Below, one piece after another: positions 50,491 to 61,419 of a stretch of DNA of 64,000 nt (its first letter is position 1; each line of letters opens with the position of its first letter). Location: assembly GCF_001194135.2 (NCBI RefSeq), contig NC_068997.1, positions 51,308,296 to 51,372,295 of the forward strand, given 5' to 3'. The stretch is from Octopus bimaculoides. Its lineage: Eukaryota. Position numbers and translations under genes: made by a program. The notes beneath the pieces were generated by a model that saw nothing but the letters and a program-made list of their open reading frames with translations, was not told the DNA's origin and searched no databases.

Positions 50491-50686
50491 GTTTTGAAAC
50501 AGCACGTTCTCTGGCTTTACATGGTGCCTTCGTAATATTAGCTTGCCGCGACGTGAAGTCTGCTAATGAAGCAAGTCAGAAGATCCTTGACGAGAGGCCA
50601 ATAGCCAAAGTCGAAGTGATGCCTTTAGACCTGGCATCTTTGAAAAGTGTTCGATATTTTTCTGAAACCTACAAGTGTCGGAAATG
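50491..50686 (+). CDS. WWOX: WWOX internal exon (SDR domain, equivalent to human exons 5+6)
   Basis: Acceptor attttttcag|GT and donor TG|gtaaat. Translates (G)FETARSLALHGAFVILACRDVKSANEASQKILDERPIAKVEVMPLDLASLKSVRYFSETYKCRK(W), matching human WWOX [20 protein letters not shown]...KVEAMTLDLALLRSV. 196 nt, in frame with the next exon. Confidence 0.95.
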
Positions 50687-50929
50687 GTAAATTTTGGCAT
50701 CATTACACAATTTCCAGTGTCATGTTATACTTGTTGTTGTTGTTGTTTTTGTCATAGTTCTTGTTGTTATGGTTATTGTTGCTTTTATTATTTTATACTG
50801 TTGTTATATTTGTTGTTGTTTGGCCTCTGATCACCTCTGATTCATTTGACCTATGATCAAAGACTTTCTAGCCATGCCCCTCTTGTCTTTAATCTAGTTC
50901 CAATTAAGAAATTGATTTTACCACCATTT

Positions 50930-51119
50930 ATTGACTGACATGCACCACCTTTAGTCGAACAAATCGACCCCAGGACTTATTCTTTGTAAGCCTAGTACTT
51001 ATTCTATCGATCTTGTTTGCCGAACCGCTAAGTTACGGGGACATAAACACACCAGTATCGATTGTTAAGCGATGTNNNNNNNNNNNNNNNNNNNNNNNNN
51101 NNNNNNNNNNNNNNNNNNN

Positions 51120-51162
<43 letters not shown>

Positions 51163-51238
51163 TGGGCTTCTTTCAGTTTCTGCCTATCAAATTCACTCAC
51201 AAGGCTTTGGTCAGCCCAATGCTATATTAGAAGACACT
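50930..51238 (-). mobile_element. SINE family A, with an N gap
   Basis: tttagtcgaacaaatcgaccccaggacttattc...ttctttcagtttc...agaagacact. Confidence 0.8.
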
Positions 51239-51299
51239 TATTTCTTTATTGCCCACAAGGAGCTAAACACAGAGGGGACAAACAAGGACAGACAAAGGG

Positions 51300-51470
51300 A
51301 TTAAGTCGATTACATCGACCCCAGTGCCTAACTGGAACTTAATTTATCGACCTGGAAAGGATGAAAGGCAAAGTCGACCTCGGCGGAATTTGAACTCAGA
51401 ACGCAAAGACATGAAATAATGCTAAGCATTTCGCCCGGCGTGCTAACGTCTCTGCCAGCTCACCACCTTT
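51300..51470 (-). mobile_element. SINE family B
   Basis: gtcgattacatcgaccccag...aggcaaagtcgacctcggcggaatttgaactcagaacg...ctgccagctcacc. Confidence 0.85.
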
Positions 51471-51471
51471 A

Positions 51472-51562
51472 TTAGAAGACACTTGCTCATGGTGCCAAGC
51501 AGTGGGACTGAACCCAGAACCATGTGATTGGGAAGCAAGCTTCTTACCACACAGCCACGCCT
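51472..51562 (-). mobile_element. SINE family A, 5' fragment
   Basis: agaagacacttgctc...gggactgaacccagaaccatgtg...acagccacgcc. Confidence 0.8.
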
Positions 51563-51642
51563 GCAAAGTGTTATATATGCATGTATATAGCTGCACAGGT
51601 GAATGAAGAAAATGATTTTTTTCTCTTTGCTTTCTTTCATAG

Positions 51643-51828
51643 GCCCCTACACATTTTGATCCTGAATGCTGGTGTGTTCGGACTACCACATGTTCTTACG
51701 GAAGATAACATTGAAACCACATTCCAAGTAAATCACTTAGCACACTTCTACCTGACGCTGTTGTTGAAAGATGTTCTGATTAGTTCGAAACCTGCCAGAG
51801 TTGTCGTAGTATCTTCTGAGTCACACAG
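51643..51828 (+). CDS. WWOX: WWOX internal exon (human exon 7 equivalent)
   Basis: Acceptor tttctttcatag|G and donor AG|gtaagt. Translates [61 protein letters not shown](R), with the NAG motif and the WWOX-typical ETTFQVNHL and VSSESHR. 186 nt. Confidence 0.96.
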
Positions 51829-52164
51829 GTAAGTCACCTCCATCTTGAAACAATATAAAATAAATAAATATGCAAATAGATATATGCATAAATAAACCGA
51901 ACAAACTTGGTTTCCTTCCAGGTATGTTTAATTAGACATAAAGTCTTCAACAAGTAATGTTAAGTAATTAGCCTTAAGTCTCTAAACTTGACGAACGCCT
52001 CAGTCTCGTAAAAGGCACTTAACTGTGAACTTGCTTGAAAAGTATCACCTTATCTAATTGAGAAACTCGTTATCATGATTAAAGACGGAGTAGCTCTCAG
52101 ATTGATAATGCAAAGCTGGGGAGTTTCTGATATGACAAAACAACTTCGAAATACCTGAAGGGCA

Positions 52165-52199
<35 letters not shown>

Positions 52200-52587
52200 A
52201 ATTTTATTTATTTATTTTTTCTTTTACTGCATTCAGCCTTTTGCTTAAATTTATTTCTTGTGCAATGCATTATTATTACTTTTGGTGATTTCAGGGTGAC
52301 TAGGTAGATAAATCTTAGTACATTTTAACTGGAGATTGTGAGTTCAATCCCATCCGCTGTCAGTGTTCTTTGGCATTTTTAACCAAGATATAGATGCGAC
52401 CATGGCTGTGTGGTTAAGAAGCTTACTTTGTAACCATGTCGCTTTGGGTTCAATCCCACTCTGCAGGACCTTGGGCGAGTGTCTTTTATTATAGCCCCTG
52501 GGCTATAATAGAATGAAACCGTTTGGTAAAGAATTAGGGAAAAATAATGCCAAGCATTTCTCCTGGTGCTTTAATGATTCTTCCCAC

Positions 52588-52619
<32 letters not shown>

Positions 52620-52624
<5 letters not shown>

Positions 52625-52828
52625 CCTTTCTGCTATAGGCACAAGGCCTGAAATTTTGCGGGGAGGGAGCTAGTCAATTACATTGACTCCAGTGTATAAC
52701 TGGTACTTATTACATTGACTCTGAAAGGATGGAAGACAAAGTCAACCTCAGTGGAATTTGACCTCAGAACGTAGAGACAGACAAAATACCGCTAAGCATT
52801 TTGCCCGGCACAGCAACGATTCTACTAA
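52620..52828 (-). mobile_element. SINE family B
   Basis: cctttctgctataggcacaaggcctgaaatttt...gtcaacctcagtggaatttgacc...ctaagcattttgcc. Confidence 0.8.
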
Positions 52829-52901
52829 ATAATAATAATAATAATAATAACAACAACAACAACAACAGTAACTATCTACAATTTATTTTATTGGATTTTA
52901 T

Positions 52902-52938
<37 letters not shown>

Positions 52939-53370
52939 TAATAATACTGAGAAGAAGGAGGAGGAGAGAAATATAAGCATCAACAACAATAGTAATAAAA
53001 AATTAAGGAAATAAAAACAGACAAAAACAAAAAGAATTTAAAAACAATAAAAATGTAAAAACATGGAAAGTAATATTGTCAAAGAGCAAAAAAAGGCACC
53101 AAAATTTAAACAGGAAAAAGCTATGCTTCTAATCCTGTTGACAGTTAAACCTCAAAGACTAAAGTCTCACCGTTCTTGAGTTGCCAATATCTTGATGTGT
53201 TGTCTATAAGTAAGTAACAGTACCCTGGACACTGGAGCTGTTTATGAAATAAAGGGCCGTTTGTTTATTGCACAGGAGACGGAGGGAAGGAAAACAACAT
53301 CAAAAAAAAAAAAAAAAAAAAAAAAAATAGCTTTCATTTAAATTAAAAAAAAAAACAGAAAGAAATTCAC

Positions 53371-53405
<35 letters not shown>

Positions 53406-53819
53406 CACAAAACATAAGGGATTTCCTGTTATCATAGTCTTAGAACCCCCACCCCCACCTTCCTCCTGTATATTTCTCTTACCCTCTCTCTCTCTCGTCT
53501 TTCTTTGTCCCCTCCTCCTCCTCGTACGTTCTCCCTCCTTCTCTGTCTTTCTTTTATAAGCTCTGTTTTGTTATCTCCCTTTTTGTTTATAATGTTGTCT
53601 CTCACTTCTCTCCCTGTTTTCCTTTCTTTTCTCTCTTTCATCTTCATCTTCCTTGTTTGTTTTCTTTCTCCTTCCTTCCTTTTCTCTTCTCTCCCTCCCT
53701 CTTTCTCTCTTGTTTTTACCCCTCCTCCCCATTTACCATCTAATAATACTGCTTTCCCTTTTTAACTATTTTTCATCTTCTCTTTTCTCCTCCTTTCCCT
53801 CTCCCTATTAATTCAGTAA

Positions 53820-54055
53820 GACAATGAGAGAGAGAGAGAGAGAGAGAGAGAGGGTGAGACATACAGAGAGAGAGACATACACAGAGAGAGAGAGAAAGAG
53901 AGAGAAAAATCAGAGAGAAAGAGAGAGAAAAAGAGAGACACATATAGAGAGATAGAGAGAAAGAGGGAGACATACAGAGAGAGAGAGAGAAAGAGAGAGA
54001 CATATATATAGAGAGACAGATAGAAAGAGAGACACATACAGAGAGAGTGAGAGTG
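53820..54055. repeat. (GA)n-based compound repeat
   Basis: Direct inspection. Confidence 0.9.
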
Positions 54056-54258
54056 AGAATCGTTAGCATGCTGGACGAAATGCTTCTGAGTTCAAATATC
54101 GCTAAGGTCAACTTTGCCTTTCATCCTTATGGGGTCGATAAACTAAGTACTAGCTGCGTACTGGAGTTGATCTAATCGACTGGCCCCCTCCCCCCAAATT
54201 ACAGGCCTTGTGCCTATAATAGAAAAGATTATTATTATCGTTATTATTATTATTATTA

Positions 54259-54290
<32 letters not shown>
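54055..54290 (+). mobile_element. SINE family B with (ATT)n tail
   Basis: gaatcgttagcatgctggacgaaatgc...ggccttgtgcctataatagaaaagattattatt. Confidence 0.85.
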
Positions 54291-54293
<3 letters not shown>

Positions 54294-54327
54294 ATTATGT
54301 GACACAATAACTACAATATAAAATACT

Positions 54328-54413
54328 TATCCATGAGATCACACATGATATCCATGATATCACACATGATATCCATGATATCACCATGATATCCATGATA
54401 TCACACAGTATGA
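54328..54413. repeat. ~21-bp minisatellite x4 (tatccatgatatcacacatga)
   Basis: Four tandem units about 100 bp upstream of the WWOX acceptor at 54509. Confidence 0.85.
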
Positions 54414-54509
54414 TTTAACCCAGAACCATGTGGTTGCAAGGCATACGTCTTCGCCATTCACCTGTGCCCTATATCTTTAATATTTACGATATCCTTTCTT
54501 TCTTTTCAG

Positions 54510-54768
54510 ATTTGCTTCTTTGACCACAGAAAACATCAACGAAGACGAACTTTCTCCGCCACAGAGTCACTACTCTCATATGAAGGCCTACAATAACTCG
54601 AAACTCTGTAATGTCCTCTTTTCTAATGAGCTCAACCGACGCCTCTTGCCACTAGGTGTCACTACCAATACCTTACATCCTGGAAATATGATGAGTTCTC
54701 AATTAGCAAGGAATTGGTGGTTCTATAAATTGCTTTTTACCTTTGTCAGACCATTTACAAAAAGCATG
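54510..54768 (+). CDS. WWOX: WWOX internal exon (human exon 8 equivalent, catalytic YxxxK)
   Basis: Acceptor ttcttttcag|A and donor ATG|gtaagt. Translates [86 protein letters not shown], with the catalytic YNNSK, HPGNMM and RPFTKSM as in WWOX. 259 nt, phase-0 end. Confidence 0.96.
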
Positions 54769-55297
54769 GTAAGTTCCGTTTTGTTATTATTAGCAATTTA
54801 GCATTTAAGTCAGTCATATCCAACCAAAATATTTCTTCTTGTTTTATGTTTAGACTGGCCAGGTCAGGCCTCTCACACCAACCCAATGATTTCATTCTAA
54901 AAATTAAGTTTCCTCGTCAAAATCTCAAAGCTATATGAAAATGTATGATGAATTCAAAACAATGTGAACAAACCTTACAGTTCTTTACATTCTGAGCTCA
55001 AATCCTGCTGGGGTCAACTTTGCCTTCCATTCTTTTAGGGTTGAAAATATAAGTTGAGCACTAAGGGGTCAGCATAAATGACTTCGCCTCCTCTAAAATT
55101 ACTGGCCTTGTGCCTATATTAGAAAAAAATATTTTATTTGGGTTTTTAGAATTGACCTTAGGGTGGTGAAGAAGTTACCTGGGCATGATATGATAAGCGG
55201 GGGCAGCATTGTAAAATCGATAAGTGCTTCATTGACTGTCAGCACTGAGAGCAGGTCCCTTTCATGTTCCTCGAGGTTTATGATAATATGATATATA

Positions 55298-55429
55298 TCT
55301 GTAGCGTATGCATTTATTAAGCTTATACATGAAGTCTGGGTCTTCACTTGTGTCACGACGACCCAATATGATTACAAGACTAAACACCACACCCAACTGC
55401 CACCCACGACCTCCACCAGCACCAGCACC
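55298..55429 (+). repeat. Left arm of 132-bp inverted repeat
   Basis: Reverse complement of 57967-58098 with 3 mismatches. Confidence 0.95.
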
Positions 55430-56129
55430 ACCATCACTGCCACCACCATTTATATTTTCAGGATAAATCTGAAGAACACATGTGGTACATGTTTGAAGCC
55501 ATGTGTAAACCTTGGAGAAAAATTAGTCATAAAGAACGGATGTACAATCTTCCAGAATGTTCTTGAAGATATATTTTTTTTTAATACTTTTTTTTAAACA
55601 ATTACAAAATCTTGTTGCGACACCCCCTCCCCCCCACAAAATGTTAGTGTTAGATTATCAAGTGTAAAGGAATGTCTATAACCTGATAGTAGAAAGTCTT
55701 GGTAGCGTCTGGAATATTATTGTTGGGTATAGGAATATCTGTGACATTTAAGATGAATCTCAGGTGTCAGCCCTGAACTAAACACTTGTGAAACACGGAT
55801 ACACACATGACCTTTCGAAATGTCCTTGATAAGGGCTTGATGTCATCTTTAATTTAAACAAAACTCTGTCAACAACAAAAGAATGTGTTGACTGTCAACT
55901 TTATTGTAAACATTCCAATTTATAACCATAACATACAACTTTACTGAAGTTCAGGGTCGCCACTGGTTTCAGCTTTTGATGACGAGTGATGGGGAGAGAG
56001 AAAGGGAGTTCTGTTTGAGTAAGATTTTCTCAGGCATTACTCAGGACCTTTGTAGGTTTTCCCAGTCCCCAGTCTTGTGAAGTCAGAGTGATTGAGGCTT
56101 GGAGAGAAGGCCTTCATTGAACTGTGACA

Positions 56130-56600
56130 TTAAAAGGAAGGGTTTAAACAGGTGTTTAATGTGGATGTTAATGTGCCTGGTACCTACAAGGAGGGGCTGT
56201 CAGGGAGTTGTGTTCCCCAAAGGGAAAGATTTGAGCAGATATTTACTAAGATCATTGGGATTGGTACCTGCAGGGAGGGTCTTCTAGAGAGCTTTCCAAA
56301 GGGAAGGTTTTGATCAAATATTTAGAGGGGTCAATTATGTCAGCTGCTCTAAATATTTGACTCTGCCGGGGAAGGGTCTTCCAGAGAATTGTGTTTCTGA
56401 AGGGGAGGATTTAAGCAGATGTTTATTAAAATCAATGCCATGTTTGCCTGCAAAAAGGGTCTTCCAGGGAGCTGTATTTCTGAAGGAGAAGAAGGGCTGA
56501 GCAAATGTTTAGCAAGTCCAATGTGGTTGACAACTAGAAGGATGATGCGTATTCTAGAGAATTATATTTCTGAAAAGGATTTTGTGCAAATACTTGGGGC
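56130..56600. repeat. Degenerate ~83-97 bp tandem repeat
   Basis: The anchor agggtcttc.aga/gg recurs at ~56192, 56276, 56373, 56456 and 56546, each followed by tttctgaagg..gattt.agcagat.ttta-like sequence. Confidence 0.7.
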
Positions 56601-56889
56601 AGAAGTTTCATTAATTTCAATTATATCTTATTGGTTTAAATATCGGAGGAAGGGCAGTACCTTTTGAACCTTTTCAGAACCTCCAAGACAGGTGGGAGAG
56701 AAGAAGGAAGTTAATCCCATGTTAGATACATAACCAGAGGGTTCCAACAGAGTCGACTCTGCTAAAGTGCAACAATGATTTCTATTACAGTACTTCCCAC
56801 ATACCTAGGCCATTGCTGCTGTTAGACACACAGACATCCTAGAAAACCTTACACTACTGCCCACATCATCATCATTTAACATCTCTTTT

Positions 56890-57125
56890 CCATATTTAAT
56901 AATAATAACCCTTTCTACTATAGGCAGAAGGCCTGAAATTTGGGAGTAGAGGGGTAAGTCAATTACATCGACCCCAGTGCTCAACTGGAACTTATTTTAT
57001 AGACCTCGGGAGGATGAAGGGTAGAGCTGACCCTGGTGAGATTTGAACTCAGAATGCAAAGCTGGAAGGAATACTGTCAAGCCTTTTGTTTGGCATGCTA
57101 ACAATTCTGCCAGCTCTCCACCTCA
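56890..57125 (-). mobile_element. SINE family B
   Basis: ccctttctactataggcagaaggcctgaaattt...atttgaactcagaatg...ctgccagctc. Confidence 0.75.
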
Positions 57126-57144
57126 ATAATAATTCTTTCTACTA

Positions 57145-57295
57145 AGGGTTGGGTTCGAAATTCCACCAGAACACCTGATGAAGGCTGGAGAGTACATCAG
57201 CTGAAACGTTGTGGTAACAACAAACAAGATGAGGACATCTATCCATCCATCGTAAATGTTGTAAATAATTCCTCATCCCCCAAAATATAGAATCA
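57145..57295 (+). mobile_element. Hammerhead module, 5'-truncated
   Basis: ggttcgaaattccaccagaacacctgatga...attcctcatcccccaaaatatagaa. Confidence 0.75.
57170..57215 (+). ncRNA. Minimal hammerhead motif, near intact
   Basis: AACAC CTGATGA a GGCTG gagagtacat CAGCT GAAA CG T T GTGGT. Confidence 0.6.
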
Positions 57296-57676
57296 TATTA
57301 ACCCCAAATGTATATACAGCTAAGTTGACCATTGCAGTATTTGAACCCAAAATGTAAAGAACTGCAAGAAATACTACCAGACATTTTATTAGATGCTCTA
57401 CTGATTCTGTCTCAGTTTCTGTCAGTCGTTATCATTACAAGTTAAATTGATTTTTTTCTATTTTTGTTTCTTTTATTCATCTATTTTTACATTCCTTCCT
57501 GGATTAACATAAGCTTAATATTTCACATGTGTTTTGTAATTAGAACTTCTTGTTTGGATCAGTCAGTTAGTCACAAGATTGATGACTCTAGTTAGCATTA
57601 TAAATCTTTAATCACATTCATACCTTTGACTCTGTCACGTTACTCTCATTCAATTCTATGTCAGTTACTGCAGTGC

Positions 57677-57721
<45 letters not shown>

Positions 57722-57926
57722 TTGTTTAAAAGAGTTCCAACACTGTCTGTTTTTTATGTTTTATTTATATTCCTGCAGAACCAATGTGGGGTATAGAATA
57801 TGGAATATACAATATATAATATAAAATAAAATAAAATAAAAATGGATGGCACCATGAAAGAAAGTATTGAATGTAGATGAAATATTGAGTGTTCAATATA
57901 AAGGATCAAATATATAAATATATAAA

Positions 57927-57966
57927 GGCGACTCGAGTTTCAGGGCTATTTCCCTTCGTCATGGCC
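57927..57966 (-). ncRNA. Second-family minimal hammerhead-like motif with GUC site
   Basis: Minus strand: GGC C[a]TGACGA AGGG aaatag CCCT GAAA CTCGAG TC GCC. It has palindromic ACTCGAGT stem III, a GUC triplet and one extra base in the core. Confidence 0.55.
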
Positions 57967-58095
57967 GGTACTGGTGCTGGTGGAGGTTGTGGGTGGCAGT
58001 TGGGTGTGGTGTTTAGTCTTGTAATCATATTGGGTCGTCGTGACACAAGTGAAGACCCAGACTTCATGTATAAGCTAAATAAATGCATACGCTAC

Positions 58096-58098
<3 letters not shown>
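57967..58098 (-). repeat. Right arm of 132-bp inverted repeat
   Basis: Partner of 55298-55429; abuts (TA)n at 58099. Confidence 0.95.
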
Positions 58099-58144
<46 letters not shown>

Positions 58145-58236
58145 GCGTTAAACTAATACATCTGTTTGTTGTTTACATACCCGTCTTTGTCTTTTTGTAA
58201 ATTCTCACTATATATATACACACACACATACGCACA

Positions 58237-58405
58237 TGAGGGAGTGCTGAAAAGTTCCTGGCTTTAAGGGTATTGTGAAGGGCCTGCCTGAAGGCCCAAC
58301 CTTCTGAGTTCTTTTTCAGGGCTTAGAAAAACTGAAGGACTGCTCCATTAAGTGTGCGAACTTGAGAGGGGAATATGTTGATTAAAATCATAATTAACTG
58401 ACCCT
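58237..58405 (+). mobile_element. Mariner-derived MITE fragment
   Basis: tgagggagtgctgaaaagttcctggc...gagaggggaatatgttgattaaaatcataattaactg. Confidence 0.8.
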
Positions 58406-58804
58406 CCTGTATTGGCATTGGCCACACTCGAATGGTGCTTTTTACGTGCCACCAGCATGGGTACCAGTCAGGTTGCACTAGCATCAGCCACGACAATGAT
58501 TTCACTTAACTCAGTAATTCTTCTCAAGCATAGCATATTGCCTGACAATTGAAGGGTACTTTTAAACGAGTCAGTTATGCAACACTGACGTCAGCCACAT
58601 CATTGAAAAACCACCCATTACACCCTGTAACAGGTATACTTGAGGGTACATCCTGACACATTTTTGCTGCCATCCTGTTTCCTTTCCAACAGACGTAAAG
58701 CTGTGTATCCCCTTACAGTAAGATTCCTGATTCTGTCCCTCTTTCATAGTTTAGCCTCCTTCTGTTCTACTCCCTCCTCAGTTGGGTCTTGTGAGGTACT
58801 TGGT

Positions 58805-58998
58805 GACCTCACTGATGCCAGTGCCTTGTGAAAAGCTATCAGTACACTCTGTAAAGTAGCTCGTCTAAAGGTCATCCAACCATTGAAACCATTCCAAAAT
58901 AGGTGTTGGAGCTTGGTGCAGTCCTCTGGCTTGCCAGCACCTGTCTTCTCAAACTGTCCAACCCATGCCAGCATAGAAAAATGGACATTAAATGATAA
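58805..58998 (+). mobile_element. (GAT)n-tailed retroposon, decayed
   Basis: ...tgtccaacccatgccagcatagaaaaatggacattaaatgat. Confidence 0.65.
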
Positions 58999-59429
58999 TT
59001 ATATGCATGCACATGCACACACTTATACATGCATGTACACGTACACATACACACACACACGACAGCCAAAGTAACAGCTACTTATGCTCAATGAATTAAA
59101 TCAACAGATTAAATAACCTTATTAAATTGCAGGAAATAAACTTAACGACGTCTTTTAATTAATCTTGTTCTACTAAAAACACTAAAGAAAATAACAATGT
59201 AAAAACAAAACAAAAAAACAGTTCAAATATAATTTTAGAAAATAATCAGCAAGACATGTTTATTATAATAAGCTTATTTAGGATTAGTATCAAATGTTAA
59301 TTGGCACTAACTGTAAAGCCTGTCATTAAATATATTTAATTATAAAATCAATCACTTCATTGCAATTAGTAAGTAGTACTCTTAAGGTTTTACTAATTAC
59401 CCTGAGAAAGGCTGTGGGCTGGCCGAAGC

Positions 59430-59625
59430 ATTAACGAATCAGGGAAAATGCTTGGCATCATTTCTTCTGTTTTTTTTTATGCTTTGGGTTCAAATTCTGC
59501 CAAAGTTGACTTTATTTTATTAACCCCAGATGGACAGAAAACGAAGTACCAGTCATGTGCTGGGGTTGTTCTAATTGACTTTCGTCTCCCCTCAAAATTG
59601 CTGGCCTGGTGCCAACATTGAAAAC
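59430..59625 (+). mobile_element. SINE family B, decayed
   Basis: gggttcaaattctgccaaagttgactt...ctcaaaattgctggcctggtgcc. Confidence 0.65.
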
Positions 59626-59669
59626 CAGAAATTACCTTTAGAATCAGTTGACTGTCATAGTTATTATAG

Positions 59670-59835
59670 GTGCAGATGTAGCTGTGTGGTAAAGAAGTTT
59701 GCTTCTCCAACCATATGGTCCTGGGTTCAGTCCTGCTGCATGACACCAAGGGCAAATGTCTTCTATTATAGCTTTGGGCTAACCGATGTCTTGTGAATGG
59801 ATTTGGTAGACGGAAACTGAAAGAAGCCTGTTGTG
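59670..59835 (+). mobile_element. SINE family A, 5' half
   Basis: gctgtgtggtaaagaag...ggatttggtagacggaaactgaaagaagcc. Confidence 0.8.
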
Positions 59836-59874
59836 TCCTCTTCCTCCACAATTGGTGTTGGTATTCCTTTATCC

Positions 59875-60255
59875 TTCTACTTGTTTCAGTCATTTGACTG
59901 CGGCCATGCTGGAGCACCGCCTTTAGTCGAGCAAATCGACCCCAGGACTTATTCTTTGTAAGCCTATTACTTATTCTATTGCTGCCTTTTGCTGAACCGC
60001 TAGGTTATGGGGATGTAAATACACCAACATCGGTTGCCATGCGATGTTAGGGGGACATATGCAGACACACACAAACAAATATATACATATATACATACGA
60101 TGGGCTTCTCTCTGTTTCCACCTACCAAATCCACTCACAAGGCTTTGGTCGGCCCGAGGCTACAGTAGAAGACACTTTCCCGAGGTACCACACAGTGGGA
60201 CTGAACCCGGAACCATGTGGTTGGGAAGCAAGCTTCTTACCACACAGCCACTCCT
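59875..60255 (-). mobile_element. SINE family A, full length
   Basis: tacttgtttcagtcatttgactgcggcc...ggactgaacccggaaccatgtggttgg...acagccactcc. Confidence 0.9.
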
Positions 60256-60269
60256 GTTTACATTCCTGT

Positions 60270-60390
60270 AACATAGTGGTTCAGCAATAGAGACTGATAG
60301 AATAAGTACTGGGGGGGTGGTGATTCATTCAATCAAAATATCTTCATGGGGGTGCTCCAGCATGGCTGCAGTCAAATGACTAGAAGTAAT
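60270..60390 (+). mobile_element. SINE family A, 3' fragment
   Basis: ctgtaacatagtggttcagc...gtgctccagcatggctgcagtcaaatgact. Confidence 0.7.
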
Positions 60391-61419
60391 ATAAGATAAA
60401 TGATTTTCCTTTTTCAAATAAGGAACGGGACGATAAATGTGTTATATTTTCCTTAAGGGGTTTGAAATATAATTTTTAATTTAAAACTATTAATTGTAAT
60501 CTAATCCTTAGTTTCTGAAAATGTACTTTGAATCTGGTTCAAGAAGGAAACCCTTAAAAATTTATTTAGAGATTTTCCTTTATTTTCTTATTAATATGGG
60601 AATTTACAGAATGTGGAATGCCATGTTTGGTAATCAAAGACTTTTACTCCAGTTAATATGCCACACAAGATGTTCCTGTTTGCCGACATTTATTGACAAC
60701 ATATTGGCAGTAACATAGTGTGTGCTCTATCTGGTAAGCCACACTCCATACACATTGACAGTCACACATCGCGTACGCACATGTACACACACATGCACCT
60801 TTCTATTTTGTACATTCCCTTTCTTTTCCTCGTACACAGATTTTGGGAAAACATTGGCTTCATTTAATCCATCATCGACAAACTCACCACAGTGCTAAAA
60901 TAACAGCCTAAGGATCTTGAAACGCTTTTCCAAATGATCTAAATGTTTTTCTCCTGCTGAAACCAGCAGAATAAACAACATTTGGTTGATCCATGTGGAG
61001 GTATTTCAAGATTTGGAAGAGGGTAACGACATACGCATGAAGCATAGCATGGATGTAGGGGAGTTAGAAGAAACCTGCTTCCCTTAGGAGGTATTTCAAT
61101 AAGGTTGAGGATGTAGAGTAGATAAAACTGCATTGCACCATTAACTTACAAGAGATAGGAAACATATGATAAAATTTTATGTGTTCCTAGGGTAATTTTT
61201 TCTTTGAGTCGAAATAATTATAAAAAAAATCTGAATTTTATATTAATTTTTATTTTCAAATATATTTTGAACATTTCTTTATCACATCAAGTTTTTTTTT
61301 TTTTTATGAGGCATGTAATTTAATTTCCAAAGACCCAAATAATTACACATTTATTAAAATACCATTTAAAATACAGATCTGAAATTAAAAACAGTGGCTT
61401 GGTTTGGATTGCTGCTGTA

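Noticed and set aside
55460-60910. Acceptor-like sites at 55460, 57779 and 60839 as the WWOX last exon
   Set aside because: None encodes the conserved QQGAATxVYCA C-terminal segment; at most they are unproven alternative ends.
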